From a virus (lineage: Duplodnaviria; Caudoviricetes): a DNA stretch of 54,669 bases. The DNA lies in IMG/VR virus record IMGVR_UViG_3300049167_000236, positions 1 to 54,669 of that record; one strand, given 5' to 3'. Positions 53,065-54,669 of this stretch are shown piece by piece (within the stretch, counting starts at the first letter, position 1; each line of letters begins with the position of its first letter). Position numbers and translations under genes: made by a program. A model generated the notes under the pieces. The model was given only the letters and a program-made list of their open reading frames with translations. It was not told the origin of the DNA and made no database searches.

Positions 53065-53680
53065 ATCGGCGCTTGATCGGATGTTCGCATCGAGCAAGGC
53101 TCCGGAGGAGCAGCGCCCCGCCACGCCCAAGGCCGGCACGCTCGCCGCCATTGTGGGCATTGCTGCGGCGACAGCCTTGTTCACACTGACGCCTGAGGAA
53201 GAGAGCGGGCGTAAGGTCGATGTGACGATCGCGGAGGATGGCACGGCCACCATTCGCCACGTCGCCGGAAAGCAATACCTGCGGGCCTATCTCGACATCG
53301 CCGGGGTCGCCACAGCCTGCGACGGCATCACGCCAGGCGTCCGCATGGGCCAGAGCTACACCGAGGCGCAGTGCACGGCGATGCTTGAACAGCAGCTTGT
53401 CATCCACGCCACGGGGGTCATGCGCTGCACGCCTGCGTTCGACCGGGCCCGGCATCCGAACCAGATCGTGGCCGCCACTCTGCTCGCCTACAACATCGGC
53501 GTGGGCGGCTACTGCGGATCGACCGTGGCGCGGCGGTTCAACACCGGCAACTTCCGCGGCGCCTGCGACGCCTTTCTCATGTGGAACAAAGCGCGCGTGA
53601 ATGGCGTGCTGCGGCCGGTTGCAGGCCTGACACGCCGGCGTGAACGCGAGCGTGCCATTTGCCTGAGGGAATTGGTGTGA
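53054..53680 (+). CDS. Endolysin, GH24 lysozyme, possible SAR domain
   Basis: AYLDIAGVATACDGIT, YTEAQC, AYNIGVG, ACDAFLMWNKA, GLTRRRERERAIC; Ala/Gly-rich TLAAIVGIAAATALF. Confidence 0.9.
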   Translation: MGVKSALDRMFASSKAPEEQRPATPKAGTLAAIVGIAAATALFTLTPEEESGRKVDVTIAEDGTATIRHVAGKQYLRAYLDIAGVATACDGITPGVRMGQSYTEAQCTAMLEQQLVIHATGVMRCTPAFDRARHPNQIVAATLLAYNIGVGGYCGSTVARRFNTGNFRGACDAFLMWNKARVNGVLRPVAGLTRRRERERAICLRELV

Positions 53681-53823
53681 TGCTGGGCGCGATCCGCAAG
53701 CTATTCAGCCGCTCGTACTACTACGTCTACCGCAACGAGGAGACGGGGAAGTTCGTCTCGAAAGCGGAGTACGAGCGCAACCCTAAGGGGCTCATGCGCC
53801 ACAAGCGGAGGAAGCCGTCGTGA
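53680..53823 (+). CDS. Small basic protein (47 aa, below ORF-track cutoff)
   Basis: YRNEETGKFVSKAEYERNP; coupled at both ends. Confidence 0.55.
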   Translation: MLGAIRKLFSRSYYYVYRNEETGKFVSKAEYERNPKGLMRHKRRKPS

Positions 53824-54011
53824 GGTTCGACGTCTTCCGCTGCCGTCGCGGCATCCTGATGCAAATGCGGTGGTGCTGGCAGCTGCGCAACGAGCGGGGG
53901 CGCGTCATTGCAACGTCGCACGTCGGTTATGACAACCGTGCTGATTGCCTGAATGCGGTCGACGAAATCCGGCGCAAAGCCGCCGATGTACCCATCAAGG
54001 GGATCGAGTGA
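53820..54011 (+). CDS. YegP/DUF1508-like protein
   Basis: WCWQLRNERGRVIATSHVGYDNRADCLNAVDEIR. Confidence 0.72.
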   Translation: MRFDVFRCRRGILMQMRWCWQLRNERGRVIATSHVGYDNRADCLNAVDEIRRKAADVPIKGIE

Positions 54012-54382
54012 TGATCACCAAACTCTTCGCCCCGCTCGCCATGAGGGTGGCCGGCGGCATCATAGCGCTCCTGTTGATCGCGTTGTCGCTGGTCATCTGG
54101 AGAGCCGACGCCATTTCGGAAGATCGGGAGCACCAGCGCAACCTGGTGGCGCAGGAGAAGGCCTTTCACGAGGTCACGAAGCAGTCGTTGGCGGCGCTGG
54201 AGGACGAGCTGGCGTCGATGGTGCGCGATGGTCAGCTCCGCGCGGATAGGCTCGCCAAGGCCCAGAAGGTCCAGGAAGAGCGCACCGAGGAGTTGCGTGA
54301 GGAAGCGGAGCGCATTCGAACCGAGGGCGTCGAGGATGCCTGCGTCACGCCTGAGATAGTCCGTCGATCGAGGAACCTGTGA
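54011..54382 (+). CDS. Inner-membrane spanin (Rz-like)
   Basis: N-terminal TM, coiled coil, C-terminal Cys. Confidence 0.72.
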   Translation: MITKLFAPLAMRVAGGIIALLLIALSLVIWRADAISEDREHQRNLVAQEKAFHEVTKQSLAALEDELASMVRDGQLRADRLAKAQKVQEERTEELREEAERIRTEGVEDACVTPEIVRRSRNL

Positions 54383-54669
54383 TGCGCCAGTTGAAACTCG
54401 CCGCGCATATTATACTGGCCGGGGCACTAGGTATAACCCTGGCCGCTTGTGGCCACTCTGAGACCGGCGGCATCCAAGTCCGCACCGTACAAGTGCCCGT
54501 CCCCCAGCCCTGCCTACCCGTGGATGAGATTCCGCCAGAGCCCGCTAAGGTCGCCTCGCTGCTAAATGGCATTGCGGCGCACGATCTTGCCATTGTGGCA
54601 GCGTCGGCCTTGGATCTGCGCGCCTGGGGTCAGCAGATGGAGGCGGCGCTTCGGGCTTGTGCGGAGTAG
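54382..54669 (+). CDS. Outer-membrane spanin lipoprotein (Rz1-like)
   Basis: Lipobox ITLAA-C; VQVPVPQPC Pro-rich segment; ends ALRAC. Confidence 0.75.
   Translation: MRQLKLAAHIILAGALGITLAACGHSETGGIQVRTVQVPVPQPCLPVDEIPPEPAKVASLLNGIAAHDLAIVAASALDLRAWGQQMEAALRACAE

Larger units (their letters stand above)
1..54669. mobile_element. Temperate podovirus-like prophage/phage genome, near complete (integrase to spanins)
   Basis: Integrase, CI/Cro, replication, terminase, portal, capsid, short-tail/ejection and lysis modules in coherent order; no tape measure or tail sheath; no host housekeeping genes. Confidence 0.95.

Overview
The window is one essentially complete temperate phage/prophage of ~54.7 kb, running exactly from the integrase stop codon (nt 1) to the o-spanin stop codon (nt 54669), so att sites are not visible. 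High GC and gene content suggest an alphaproteobacterial, probably Sphingomonadales-type, host (inference). Layout: (i) leftward arm with integrase, excisionase, RecT/DEDDh exonuclease/YqaJ, a C5 DNA methyltransferase and small mosaic genes; (ii) lambdoid CI/Cro switch with ATAG-N6-CTAT operators and a HIRAN gene; (iii) rightward early/middle genes: CII-like, ParB-like + GP88-like pair, VRR-NUC, DUF2303, primase-helicase followed by iteron-like repeats, a displaced TerS, peptide deformylase, HNH; (iv) podovirus-type late region: TerL, portal, scaffold, N4-gp56-type capsid, adaptor, nozzle, fibre, ejection proteins and a 2413-aa polyvalent protein; (v) holin/SAR-type lysozyme/spanin lysis cassette. 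Most notable: five copies of a TTG-N15-AAATCATAGC promoter-like motif heading late modules; a promoter-bracketed 4.1-kb cassette pairing a beta-helix depolymerase-like gene with antisense SGNH-hydrolase and FkbM-methyltransferase genes; and a TerL with a second, degenerate nuclease-like domain. All family calls come from motif recognition by eye, not database searches.
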